A stretch of DNA of 64,000 bases from the human T2T-CHM13v2.0 reference genome, Homo sapiens, in the NCBI RefSeq assembly GCF_009914755.1, contig NC_060931.1; one strand, 5' to 3'. The stretch's first letter is position 1. Every line of letters starts with the position of its first letter. The notes beneath the pieces are model-generated. The model saw nothing but the letters and a program-made list of their open reading frames with translations. It did no database searches and had not been told where the DNA came from. Below, piece after piece: positions 39,607-55,110 of this stretch. Both the position numbers and the translations under genes were made by a program.

Positions 39607-40474
39607 CAGAAGAGACACAATGTGAAGTTAGAGTCAAAGCACTATTTATGGTTTTGAAGCTGGAGGAGACTAAAAGCCAAGAAATTTGAGTGGCTTCTAG
39701 AAGCTGAGAATGACTTCTGGCTGACAGCCAGCAAAGAAATGAGGACCTCAGACCTTCACCACATGAAAATGAATTCTGCCAACATGAGTGAGTCTGGAAG
39801 GAGACTCTCCCTATCACCTCCAAATAAAAACCCAGGCTGGCCGATGCTTAATTCTGACCTCCTGAGGTCCTCAGCAGAATACCCAGCAGAGCCTGCTTGG
39901 ACCTCTAATCTACAGAACTTAAAGAGATAATAAATGAGTGCTATGGACTAGGGGCGATGGCTCATGCCTGTATTCCCGGTACTTAGGAAGGCTGAAGTAG
40001 GACGACTGATTAAGACTAGGAATTTGAGGTTGCAGCGAGCTATGACTGCACCACTGAACTCCAGCATGGGCAACAGAGACCTTGTCTTTTAAAAAAAATA
40101 AAAATAAAAAATAAATGAATGTTGTTTTAAACTGCTATCCTTTCCACTTCCCCCTTTGCTGGGAGAGCCTTTGCACATGCTGTTCCAATGTGAGGAATGC
40201 TATGCTCCTTGCTGTCCAGGTTGTGGTTTCTTTCTCATTGTTTAGATCTAAGCTTTCACATCAAACTGTGAGAGGCCTTCCCTAGCCTCTGTGAAATACT
40301 ACCTACCCCAACCTACCCAACCCTCTCCTCTGTCCTGGGCCAAATGCCGCTTCTCCATGTCCTATTTCTTATTATTCTTTGGGAGGGGTAGAGGCGGGGT
40401 CTCACAACATAGCCCAGGCTGGTATTTAACTTCTTACAGATGTGAGCCACCATGCCTGAGCTTCATGTGCTATT

Positions 40475-40786
40475 TCTTTCTCTTTTCCCTTTTTTTTTTT
40501 TTTGAGACAGGGTCTCACTCTGTCACCTAGGCTGGAGAGCAGTGGTACGATCATGGGCTCACTGCACTCGACCTACCCAGGCTCAAGCGATCCTCTCACC
40601 TCAGCCTCTTGAGAAGCTGGGACTACCAGCATGTGGCACCACACCTGGCTAAGTTTTGAATTTTTTTGTAGAGACAGGGTTTCGCCATATTGACCAGGCT
40701 GATCTTGAATTCCTGGCCTCAAGTGATCCACCCACCTTGGCCTCCCAAAGTGCTGGAATTACAGGCATGAGCCACTACACCCAGCC
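40475..40786 (-). mobile_element. AluJ element
   Basis: Diverged reverse Alu consensus. Confidence 0.85.
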
Positions 40787-40932
40787 TCCATGTCTTATTT
40801 CTAGTAAATATTTTTTATTTACTTATTTACCTGTTGGTCTGTCTCCCTCACTGCCAGAATGCAATTTAATGAGGACAGAGACCTTATTTTCCTTCTCCAC
40901 TGTTACATTTCTAGTGACTCAAATAGTACCAG

Positions 40933-42015
<1,083 letters not shown>

Positions 42016-42157
42016 ACCAAGCATATCATACGTTCTCAAATCTTTGTTGAAAGAATAACTGAATGAATAAGGTTACTGTAGAGACTATAGAATAACATGG
42101 CTATAGAGCAATGATACATACTAAATGCTTAATAAATACAAAAGTCCCTTCCCCCAG

Positions 42158-42690
<533 letters not shown>

Positions 42691-43220
42691 TTAAACAAAC
42701 TGGGGCATGACCACACAAGAGAATACCGAACACTAAAAAGAACAAACTGTTAACACATGCAAAAGCCTGGATGCTCAAGAGCAAGATGCTGAGTTTTTTA
42801 AAAAGTCCATCTTAAAAGGTCACATACTCTAGGATTTATACTACCTTTCCAAATGACAAAACTACAGATATGGAGGACAAATTAGTGCTTTTTCCAGGTT
42901 AACAGTGGTGAAGGCAAGGGAGAGGAGGGGAAGGAAAATAGTATAAGCAGTTAACTCAGCAAGCTGAGTTGCTCAAATGATGCACATTCTCAGACGAGCC
43001 TGCTTCTGAGACTGGCCCTTGGTCAGCGCCTAGAAACTGAGGTCTTGTACTAGCCCTATGCCCTAAATGATAAGGGTGTTTTGTATGCTTACGGTACTGA
43101 ACCACACTGTACCAGCTTCTCTAGATATTTTATGTGAACTGTATGATTTATGGTAAACACCTGCTTTCCTTCTGGAGTTGCTGTAATAGTGATCAGTCGC
43201 AAAGGAACTACATGCCTATG

Positions 43221-43613
43221 TGATATGGTCTGAATCTGTGTACCCACCCAAATGTCATGGTGAATCGAAATCCCCAATGTTGGAAGTGGGGCCTGTGAGA
43301 GGTGATCTGATCATGGGGCAGTTACTCATGAATGGTTTCACACCATCCCCTGTGGTTCTGTGCTTGTGAGATCTGGTTGTTTAAACGTGTGTAGCACCTT
43401 CTCTCTTGCTCCTGCTCCCACCAGGGGAGACACTTTGCTCCCCCTTTGCTTTCCACTATGATTGGAAGCTTCCTGACGCCTCCCTAGAAGCAGAAGCTGC
43501 AATGCTTCCTGTACAGCCTGTAGAACTGTGAGCTAATTAAACCTCCTTTCTTTATAAATTACTCAGTCTCAGGTATTTCTTTACAGCTATGTGAGAATGA
43601 ACAAACTAATACA
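43221..43613 (+). mobile_element. MST (MaLR) solo LTR nested in an older LTR (about 42940-43920), itself within an L1M 3' end
   Basis: tgatatggtctgaatctgtgt...actaataca with perfect 5-bp TSD ctatg. Confidence 0.85.
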
Positions 43614-46600
43614 CTATGTGACCCATCTCCAATAAAAGCCCTGGATTCTGAGGCTCATGTGAGCTTTCACAATAGAAAACACTTCACATGTGTTGCTAGA
43701 GTTTATGGCTGGGGAAGTAAGCACAAACTGGGCAACTCTACGGAGAGAAGACTCCGAATCTTCACAATGCTCGTGTCCTATAGAATCTTCTCAATGCACA
43801 ACTACCCTTTATTAATCCTGCTTTGTATCCCCTCACTGTAACAAACCATAGCAAAGAATGTCCTGTGAGAGCCTTGAGCGAATTACGAAACCTGGGGGCA
43901 GCCCTGGGGACTGCTGACATAGGATGTGACTAAAAGGGCATAAGGGAGGTCTTTCGGGTAATGGAATAGTTCTGTATCTTGACTATGGTGGTGGCTACAG
44001 GAATCTATGTATGAGATAAAATGTGCATGACACTATACACATACATTGCACAAATATCAAATTCCTAGTTTCGACATTATATTATAGTTATGTAAGATGT
44101 AACCATTAAGCAAACCAGAAGAGTACACAGGACCTGTCTGTATTATCCTTACAGCTTCCTATGGATTTGACGTTATTAATTATTCCAAATTCTAAAGTTT
44201 TGTTAAAAATCACACATGAATGTTTTTTAATAAAAATAAACACCTATCATGGGACTAATGTGTATCAGTTAAACACAACACTCAGATCATTCTGCTGCTT
44301 CTAAGTATAAAAAGAGAGCAAGGGTACCACCAAAAGAGAGTGCCATCATTTGAAAGGCTATGTGGTGGTGCCGACAGCTGTTATGGTAGAAGGCAGGAGA
44401 GTCGGCACACCCAGATTGGACATCAGAGCTACAGACAGCATATCCTGTAAACACAGGAAGAAACATGGGGGATCGACTGCATGAGACTCAACTCTTTCCT
44501 GGGCAGACAGACCTGTCCCTAGACAGGTAACCACCACCAGCACTGCTTCCAGGAGGGAGCTCCAAGGGGCCACATGCCGCTCCTGTTTGAGCACTGCACT
44601 CCAATAAATAGGAGCTTGATTGAGCAACCTGGGCATAAAGAATGCACGATTCAATTGGTCCCACTTATGTCAGGGAAGACAGAGTAAAAATGATCTCTGC
44701 TGCTGGGACAGTTAGGATTCTATAAATTGTGCCCCAGGGCTAGGATTTATTCTAGGTCCAGGTACCTACAAAGACCAGAGAGGTACAAAGCTTACTTACA
44801 AAGCTCACAGAACTATTAGTGTTCTTTCTTAAGACTCTGGATGCAAACCAGTTTCATCTCAGAAAAGCAAAACCAAAACACTTTACAGATGTGAGTAGTT
44901 TCCCTCTATCCTTGAGCGGGCCCTGCTTCCTATTCTTGGGTTCAATGTCATGCCCTCAGAGGTCATTCCTATCTCCAGACAACTCATCTGGGACTTACAG
45001 GAAACATCCAATCAATTCCAGCAAAATGATAAGCTATCCATTGACCTCAATTAAGAAATAAAACTTACAGGTGATTTTTTTCCCTTAAATTTGTTTTTTT
45101 TTTCTAGTTAAAGAAGCAAAGAATACTCATTATTTACAAAACCTGATATATATAGACAAGTAGAAAAAAAAGTTTTAGTCATAGAGTCACTGTATATGGT
45201 ACATATTCTTATAGTGTTCCCTTGCACTCATTCAACAAATATTTATATACTGATTGATTACTGAATGACAGGCACTTAGGACACAAATATAAGTAAAAAT
45301 AAATCATTTCAGTCCTTGTGGAGCTTACCGTGTAATATAAGAAATATGACTGTATATCTGGAAGGCCTAAAGAAAATAAAACACTGTTACTGCTGAGAAA
45401 TTAACTTTAAAATGGCTAACTTTCATAAAAGAATTCATATTTATGTGAAATAAGCTAAATAGGTACACGAAATCTGTGGAACTCTTGTAACAGACAAACA
45501 ATAACAAGTTAGAAAGTATAAAAAGAGATATCAGTCAAAATAGCATGAATATGTAAAGACTTATGGAAAATATTTTAATGAGAAAATTATAATCCACATG
45601 GAAACACTGAGATATACTTAACGCAATGTGCGAAAATAAAATCTTATAACCATGTCAAACATTCCAAAATGTGTAAGTTTACTACAAATGGCAATAAAAA
45701 TCCCACAAGACTTTCTGGAACTCAACAAAATGATTCTGTCAGCAAAAATAAACACTAAATTATTTTTTGATTTTCTAAATTAATTTTCTGAATTTTTATT
45801 TGCAAACTAGTTAGAAGACTGTGAACTCAAGAACAGACCTGTCAAACCACTACAGGACAGACTGACTCAAAAATGAATCTAATCTAATCTAATCTAATAT
45901 AAGGTAATTTAATGTTAGAAGAAGGAGGGGAAGGGGAAATTTTCAATAGTGTTGCAATAACTGGTCAGCAATCTGATACCCCCTACATTAATTACAGGTA
46001 TCTTTAAAAAGTTAAAAGTTTGTAGAAACAAACAGAAAATAGAAAGAACTAAAATGAAGTATTCATGAAAGTTCTAAAGAGGTGAGGGTTATCTAAGTTT
46101 ACAAACTGCAGGGAAAGTCAAAATGGAAACAAAACTTAAAATACATAAACTGAAACATCTAGCTGGTTCTTGATAGGCTATCTGTAGCCAAAACATAAAA
46201 GCAAATAAGGGACTAGAAAAAAAATCTGAAGTAAACAGGACAATGAAGTATTTTATTAAATTCAGAAATAGTACTAACAAAATTTATAAACCTTTGATAG
46301 CCAAGCAGGACAAGGTTATGAGCAGATCATGACCTTGAGCAGACCGCAAAATGTGAGCAGTTTGCTAGAAACAGAAACGGAATGCCAAAGGGTATGTGCA
46401 TTTAAAATTCTGACATATACCAAACTGGTCTGACAAAAAGGCTATACCATTTACATTCCCACCTACAGTGTATGAGGGAATCTGGTCTCCCATAACCTCA
46501 TAAGCATAGCATTATCGAACTTTAATTTTTGTCAGTCTGACAGGCAAACAAAAAAAATTCATTTAACGTGCTTTTCCCTAAGGTTAGCCACCTTTACAGA

Positions 46601-47296
46601 TATTTATTGGCACTAGTATAATTTCTTTGAATAAATTAACTGTCTTTGCTCAGTTTTCTATGTCATTACTGTTTTCTTTCGATTTATAGGTACTCTTCTT
46701 AAATATTTTTCAGTCCTCAACTTGATGGTATGAAGACACCGTAATTCTAATAAAAGACTTATTAGCATTTGCAATCTGTAATCCAAGTTTCACCAACTTT
46801 CATATGATTAAATACAATGCTTCCAAAATGAATGTGAATGTCACACAGAATCAATGTCAGAGTTTTAATGTTAAATATAACAAAACAAAGTATCCAAACA
46901 TTAGTCTAGACAAATAATTCCAAATGATAATCAACTCCCTGGAATAAAATGTAGAGTTGATTGCTGCTGGAATGAGCAGAGCAAGCAGGGGAGCATTCTT
47001 AAGGAATGAGTTCTAGACAATGGTCTTCTATTGTACTAGATCACGCCCTCCTTGATTAAGCAAAATTATAACTCTAATCTGAGCATGCCATTCTCCGGAC
47101 TAATAGCTCAAAATTACATACAAGATTATCTGGCTACTGTAGCCTACTTTGTACCATTCTCTATGCCCTCGCCCAGGGAAGCAGCACAAATGGTCAATTT
47201 ATTCAATAAGTCACTGACCAAAAATTATTTCTCTTAACTCCACTAAAGTAACAGCAACCTGCAATACATGAGGTGGTCTCTGTGTTAAAGGCATTT

Positions 47297-47615
47297 CTTT
47301 ATTTTTTCTTTCCTTTTTTTTTTTGGCACAGGGTCTTGCTCTATTAACCCAGGCTAGAGTGCAGTGGCATGATCACAGCTCACTGTAGCCATGACTGCCC
47401 AGGCTCAAGTGATCCTCCCCACTTCAGCTTCCCAAGTAGCTGGGACTACAGGTGTGCACCAGAATCCCTGGCTAAATTTTTTGTTGTTGTTTTTTGTAGA
47501 GACAGGATCTCGCTATATTGCCCAGGCTGATCTCGAGCTCCTGGCCTTAAGCAATCCTCCCACCTTGGCCACCCAAAGTACTGGGATTACAGGCAGGAGC
47601 CAATGCACTCAGCTC
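47297..47615 (-). mobile_element. AluJ element
   Basis: Diverged reverse Alu consensus. Confidence 0.85.
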
Positions 47616-49374
47616 AGTTTTTTTTTTTTTTTGGGGGGGGGGTTCCAGCGGTATATTTTATTTCTTTAGAACATCGGTTGCAAAGCTGTTTAGATCTTTC
47701 AAAAACATCAACTCTTCTTTTTGACGACAAAATGGTGAATAAATTAAATTCAGAACTACAGTTTGTGAAGACACATGACATTTATGATTCATGAAATAGA
47801 AATCATGTACTGCTAAAATAAAGTTTCAACTGAGAAATGCAGATTTAATTAAAACTGCACTCTATTCAGTGTTTGAATCCCTACTACGAAAATCAACTGT
47901 ACAATGATTACTGAATAATCATCTCAAATATAACTTCGGGTGCTGTTTAATGTCACCTTACAGCAGAGTTCTTAGACTCAGGTGTGCATGGGTACAATAT
48001 CAGAAATTTGTTCAAACTGTAGAAACCCTGAGGCCTGGTGAAACACAGCCTTAGAGTTCTGGAAGGTCACTGAAAAACCATCACTTCTCCTCATGCCAAG
48101 GAATGAAGGACTAATGCATAGAACATAAAGGTACATAAAAATGTACATGTCTTTGTTGTGTTATCAACACAGTTATTGCATTTGAACTCTATGCATTCAA
48201 ACCTTAGACTCAATTACAAAGTGACTCTAAGCATTTCATAATTTTCTAAAAATGTTGATAGTGCAGGCATGTCTACTATTTTTAACTCAGAAGGGAGTTC
48301 CATGGAGTTTAGCCCAGTATTTTGGAGCTAGAAGAGAGAATCAGTCATTGAGTCCAAAACTCTACAGGTCAGAAAATGAAGGAGAGAGGGGTCACCTGTG
48401 CTCCTTTGGTCAAAGACTTCAGTTGAAGGGTCAGAGAGAATCCAGGCCATCTCCTGACTCGGGATTCTTCCAAGTTAGCAAATACATGATGTTTTCATTA
48501 CTCAGGGAAAGTGTATAGAACTACTTTCAAAAATATTTTAGGGACAATACACTAGAAGTGTTATCAAGAGATAAATCGCTTTGTAGTTAAAAAGTGAAAA
48601 CTACAGCCTAAATGAAAGGAAGGGAGAATAAAAGGAAAATCGTATTTTTTTTCAGCTGTCATTATACAAGAGATGTTGCCCCCATTTACCAAAGAAAAGA
48701 CACTGAGGGCCACAGTGTCCCTCTGAGACCCACTTTCCAGGGTCACATAGCTGAAATATGTGGCCAAAACAGTATCTTTCCCAAGGCTTACAACTGTAGG
48801 CCCTTGTACTACACTGTGCTATACCTGGTAGGAAAGAATATAGATACACAAACTAAAAAACATCACTTATTTTAAAACTCTTGTTATTTCATGAAATGGC
48901 AGACCATAATGATTTGGTGTGGACATTAAACAAAAAGAGTTTATACGCCTCATTAAGACAATTTTCTGGAGCTTTGAATCCATGGTTTATACATAATTGT
49001 TCAGTATATTTTGTTTAGCCACAAAATCACAATTGTTAAATCTTTAATTACTGAAATATGAAGTTATGCAATTTATTTTTGAAATCTGTGTATGCTACTC
49101 ACCAGATTTTTGTTCTTTAAAAAATATTTTGTTTTGCAATTTTCCAAATACAGTAGCCTCACAGTGCATATAGCAATCGTAAGACTTTATCAACCTCTGG
49201 TTTCCGAACTCACATCCAACATTCATCACTTTCCTCTGTTGAAATTATTCCCCACTAGTGGAGTATTTCTTTTCTTTCTAGTGCAATGACATGCTACAGC
49301 ACACCATCTTATTGTTTGTGAAATCAATATTTAAGTTGATTCAGGAAAAGTGTATGGAACTAATTTCAAACATC

Positions 49375-49494
49375 TTTTAGGGACAATTCACTAGAATTGC
49401 CCCTAAAACCAGTTATAAGATAAAACCAGGAATTGGATAACAATGATGGACAATATTGTCATTGTCATCCAAATCTTGGTTTTATCTTGTAACT
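49375..49494. repeat. Two adjacent inverted repeats (49375-49408 and 49411-49494)
   Basis: 15-bp arms at 14/15 with a 4-nt loop; 36-bp arms at 32/36. Confidence 0.85.
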
Positions 49495-49797
49495 TAATTC
49501 AGAATGTTATTTGATGCCTACTTAATGGCTAGTGTTGCTATGTTTCTTAAATACTCACATTGTTTTTCTAATGGTAATACCATAAATCTAAGCCTGGATC
49601 TTTCTTTTTACAACTGATAAAAAGTGCATTATGATATTTTAACTGCTATTTACCTTCCTCAGAGAACTGCTGATTCTTCTATGCTGCATAAATATTTATT
49701 ATTTTAAGGTAATTTGTAATCTAATATTTTGAAGATTCCAAATACATATTTGAAAATACTATTTTCCTGGATTCTAAGTTGCAATAGGTTGAATTAA

Positions 49798-50733
<936 letters not shown>

Positions 50734-52059
50734 CTCTCTCTTCTATTTAAAAGGATAGGCACAGCCTTTGGAACTGAATGTCTTTCCTCAGGCCTCACAA
50801 TAGAAAATGAGGAAAGTTCATTCTGACAACTGGCTGCCTTAAGAAACAGAATTTGGGATTCTTTCCCTTCCAGCTCCTGTTGAGTCAAAGGCAAAGGCAA
50901 TAACCCAATAAATGTGGTGAGACAATAAACGGAAACTGACATAAACATAGCAATAAAAGCCTACTTCCTTCTTGACAATCAATACATAATGGAATGGGTA
51001 TGATTTCACACCATAAAAGATCAGAGAATAACAGAATTTGGGCTGAAGAAAGCTTAGAAAGAAGCCACAACATTTTCCATACCTTTTGATTTTCAAAACG
51101 ATATCTTAAGATTTGTCCAGAGTATTTTTCAATTGTTTCAGTGAGGCTCAGTTTGACCACATGTAACCAAAATAGAGAATTTCATGGAGGATGGTCACAG
51201 GATTGGCTTAGAAATGTAATCCTGTGAGCTGTCCCGTTTTATAAAGGATAAGGTTCGGATGGCTGCACCGAATGTTCCTCCTTTCAACGAGGCTGGGCCG
51301 AGTTGGGCTCCCAGCGGCTAGGGCATTTTTAGTCCATCTTGGTCTCTCACCTCTGCCTCCTGCTTAGCTGTCAGAATGCCAGGTGGCTGTGCAGCCCAAA
51401 GCAGCCCACTCCGTTTTAAACTTGCTCAGTTTGCAATCAGGTAACCCGCTACTGACAACAGAACCCTCAAGGCCTGTTTATATGCGGTTCTCAGGTTTAG
51501 GTCTAGGGAAGTTTCCAGGAAGCTTAGTGTTCAGGGAGGAATTCGTTTTGCTTTTGCTAATCAAAGAGACACAAAAGCACAGCTGAGTCCCGAAGCTGGC
51601 ACACGGGAAATGGAGTACAACTGTCCCCTCACCAGAGCATGCAACAATCATTTGGGGAGCGGGGAAAAGGTCCCCACCTTCCCCGAGCCTGGGGCACCCT
51701 TCATGCCACGGCCCCAGCCAGTGGTGGTCTCGACACCATGCTCAGTGCAGTGTCACACGCCAGAGCTGGAAAGGGGAGGTCCAGGCCCAAGTAAAGTGAC
51801 AGAGTAAGGACACGGTGGTGGCCAAGGGCTGTCCCCTAACCCCAGTTCCGAAAGACAGTGTGGAAGTCCGTCAGCGTGGCAGCCCTTGAAGCGCTCTGCT
51901 GGTCTGGCTGCGGTCCCTCCCCTGTGCACCCCCACCTGCTGTGAAGCTCCCCAAGCTCCTTCTTGCCCAAATGCTTTGGAAACTGCCAAAGGACACTCAG
52001 AGGCCAGGGAATGTGACAGGCAAGCATAAATATGCAGAAGAGATGGCACCAACATAGCA

Positions 52060-52490
52060 GGCACGCAGGGCCGGCGCTCGTAGGGGTCGGGGATCTGGAG
52101 CCAGGCCTCCTACGCAGCGGCTGCGCCAGCGGTGCCAAGACCGACAGGCGGCACCGATGCACACCGGGCACCGAGTCTGCAAAAGGGGCCCTGAGCGGAC
52201 TGCCGGACATCTCGCAGACTTCGGGCAGCGATCGTGGCGGCCGCCTCCCCGGGGCTCCACGGCCGACCTGCCGCCTGCCGCGGCCATCCCCGGCCCACTC
52301 CTGCCAGGCCCCCAACCGGAGCCCCGGAGGCACCCGCTCTGAGCGGCCGCGCAGCCCGGCTGCATGGAGCCCAGCGCGGTGCTCCGGCTGGCCAAGCCAG
52401 ACACGGCGCAGGAAACCGCCACCCACCAAGGCAAGGGCAGGAAGAAGATGGCGGCGGCTGTGGCGGCCGCGACAGCGGTGGCCTCAGCTC
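52060..52490 (-). promoter_or_regulatory. CpG island, probable duplicated RABGEF1 promoter/non-coding first exon, with YY1 motif
   Basis: Very GC- and CpG-rich in an otherwise CpG-depleted window; AAGATGGCGGC at 52445-52455; lies upstream of the RABGEF1 pseudo-exons on the minus strand. Parent assignment is inference. Confidence 0.75.
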
Positions 52491-52797
52491 AATATTTTTT
52501 TCTCAAAGGCATATCATAGTTTTAGCTTTGCTGCAGCCATTTCATCCATAATCATTTGCTGTGGCTGGGTAAAGTGATACACACATACTGGTTTAGAGAA
52601 ATACATGCGCACACTGGTTTAGAGAAATACAAAACGCAATGCCTAGACCTGAAATGTATTTATTTAGATTTGTTAGATGGTGCAGTCAAGTAAATATTTG
52701 TGTTATGCTTTAAGCTTTTAAGAAATCTCTTGTATCTAAGATATAAGACACATATGTAAATGACATCCAACTAAGCTGGATCAGGCCAATGTACTGA

Positions 52798-52944
<147 letters not shown>

Positions 52945-53095
52945 TAAATAATAAAAGCCAGAAGATAATTTGACAGCGCTGAAAGGTTCTAAAGTATGAT
53001 GGCTTAAAAAAAAAAAAAAAAAAGCTGAAAGAAGAAACCTGCCCACCTAGCATCCAGTGCTCAGTAGCTGTTTCCTTTAAAAACTGATGGCAAAG

Positions 53096-53702
53096 GTCTG
53101 GCGCAGTGGCTCACATCTGTAATCCCATCACTTTGGGAGCCCCAGGTGAACAGATCACGAGGTCAGGAGATTGAGACCAAACTGGTTAACATGGTGAAAC
53201 CCTGTGTCTACTAAAAATACAAAAAATTAGCCGGGCATGGTGGCACACGCATGTAATCCTAGCTACACGGAGGCTGAGGCAGGAGAACCACTTGAAACCA
53301 GGAGGCGGAGGTTGCAGTGAGCTGAGCTCGTGCCACTGCACTCCAGCCTGGGAAACAGAGTTAGACTCCATCTCAAAGAAAAGAAAAGAAAAAAAGAAAA
53401 ACATAGCCCAGCGCAGTGGCTCACGCCTGCAATCCCAGCACTTTGGGAGGCAGAAGAGGGTGGAAATGAGGTCAGGAGTTCGACCAACCTGGCCAACATA
53501 GTGAAACCCCAACTCCACTAAAAAGACAAAAATTAGATGGGCTTGGTGGCGCACGCTTGTAGTCCCAGCTACTCGGGAGGCTAAGGCAGGAGCATCACTT
53601 GAACCCAGGAGGTGGAGGTTGCAGCGAGCCAAGACTGCGCCACGGCATACCAGCCCAGGTGACAGCGAGAGACTCCGTCTCAAAAAAAAAAAAAAAAAAA
53701 AA
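53096..53702 (+). mobile_element. Two tandem Alus (53096-53401, 53406-53702); Alu fragment at 52832-52931(-)
   Basis: Alu consensus; gatggcaaa flanks the pair. Confidence 0.9.
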
Positions 53703-53849
53703 GATGGCAAAATAGACATTTTCAGATGAGAAAAAAAAAATTGTTATGGGAAGACATCCACTGGAAGAAATACCAGGGGGAGCTCTTCAAACTGAACGGA
53801 AAATTACCCTACCCCAACTGAAACACAGAGATGCAGAGGGAGCCTGGCC

Positions 53850-53955
53850 CAAAATACAACTTTTATATCCACTGGGTAACACAAAAATTTGTGTGACTCA
53901 CTTTATTGCAGTGATGTGGAACCAAACCCGTAACATCTCCAAAGTATGCCTGTAA
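53850..53955 (+). mobile_element. Tigger1-like DNA transposon 3' end
   Basis: gtgtgactcactttattgcag...ggaaccaaacccgtaacatctccaaagtatgcctgTA (TIR plus TA). Confidence 0.65.
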
Positions 53956-54591
53956 TATTTTACAGCAGCCCTAGGGAAAAAAACATACCATCCAATAAGA
54001 ATTGTTGTAAACTCTACAAATAATTAGAAGAAATGAGTTTTCCACAAATTTACATCGAACTCTGGGTTCACAGCATCATTCCTTCTTTACAAATAGGGCA
54101 ATCGTACATCCCAGTTAGCAAGCAACAGTCCTGGCCTATAAAAGCACCCCCCTTGATTCTCAAAAGTGACCTCCTTTGGATAATAAGTTGCATGGTCATC
54201 CTATGTATGAACCCATTTAGAATACCTTTCTGTCTGTTCACCTTCAAATCCTACCCTGTTCAAGGATCAAGTGACATCTGACTCCATCTTCCCCACTCAC
54301 AGGATAATTTTCTCTCCAGTTCCTGTAGCTTTTTATAAATACAGCCATTATAATACTCATGTCCTATTACAATTACTTGCTTACATGTCCACCCCATGCT
54401 CTTAGCCACTTAGCACAGTGCCAGGAACTGAGCAGGTACTCAACAGATGTTTTCTAGGTTTCTCAAACGATTAATCAGAAGACTGACAAAGTACCTGCAG
54501 AGACAGTGTTCTCTCACTTTTGTCCCTTCCACACTCTCCAGGGCCCAGTGAAGGTGGGAGTAAAAAATTAGCGAACAACTAACTTGACAAG

Positions 54592-54766
54592 CAGTAGTTC
54601 TCAGACTTGAATGCACATCAATATCACTTGGAAGACTAGTTAAAACACAGAGTACTGGGTCCCACCCCAGAGTTTCTGATTCAGCTGGCCTGGGATAGGG
54701 CCTGAGAATTCAAATTTAACAAGTTTCCAGGTGATACTGCTAGGAACTACCTTTGAGAACCACTGC
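54592..54766. mobile_element. MER5A-like MITE
   Basis: TIRs cagtagttctca...tgagaaccactg. Confidence 0.75.
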
Positions 54767-54829
54767 TATAAAGAAAACACCATAATTATGAAAATGCCCA
54801 TTTCTTCTCATGACTTTATTCCTAATGGG

Positions 54830-55110
54830 AGACTCCCTTTTCTGAATATGAGGGAATATCATCCCATGACAGAAAAAGATCATCCCATGGCAGAAGGCAG
54901 AAGGACAAGAGAGTGCCAGAAAGCAAGAGGGCAACAGGGGCTGAACTCTCTTTTACAATAAGCCCACTCTTGTGATTACTAATCTATTACCAAAATAACA
55001 ACATTAATTCATTAATGAGGGCTCTCTTATTAGGCCCCACATTCCAACTGTTGCATTGAGGATTGAGTTTCCAGCACATAAACTTTAGGGGACACATTTA
55101 AACTACAGCA
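54830..55110 (-). mobile_element. MaLR LTR fragment (MST/MLT1A-like)
   Basis: catcccatggcagaagg...ttgcattgaggattgagtttccagcacataaacttt..gacacatttaaac. Confidence 0.6.

Noticed and set aside
44255-44280. tatcagttaa resemblance to U2 snRNA
   Set aside because: The match is too short, with no flanking similarity.
51753-52577. Several overlapping 100-197 aa ORFs on both strands
   Set aside because: Low-complexity Arg/Pro/Gly/Ala translations expected from a stop-poor CpG island; no recognisable domain.
53186-53719. 177-aa ORF and the many similar Alu-spanning ORFs (e.g. 6907-7245, 17958-18305, 50232-50717, 57075-57431, 61374-61745)
   Set aside because: Translations of Alu sequence (SPRLECSG..., [12 protein letters not shown]), not genes.
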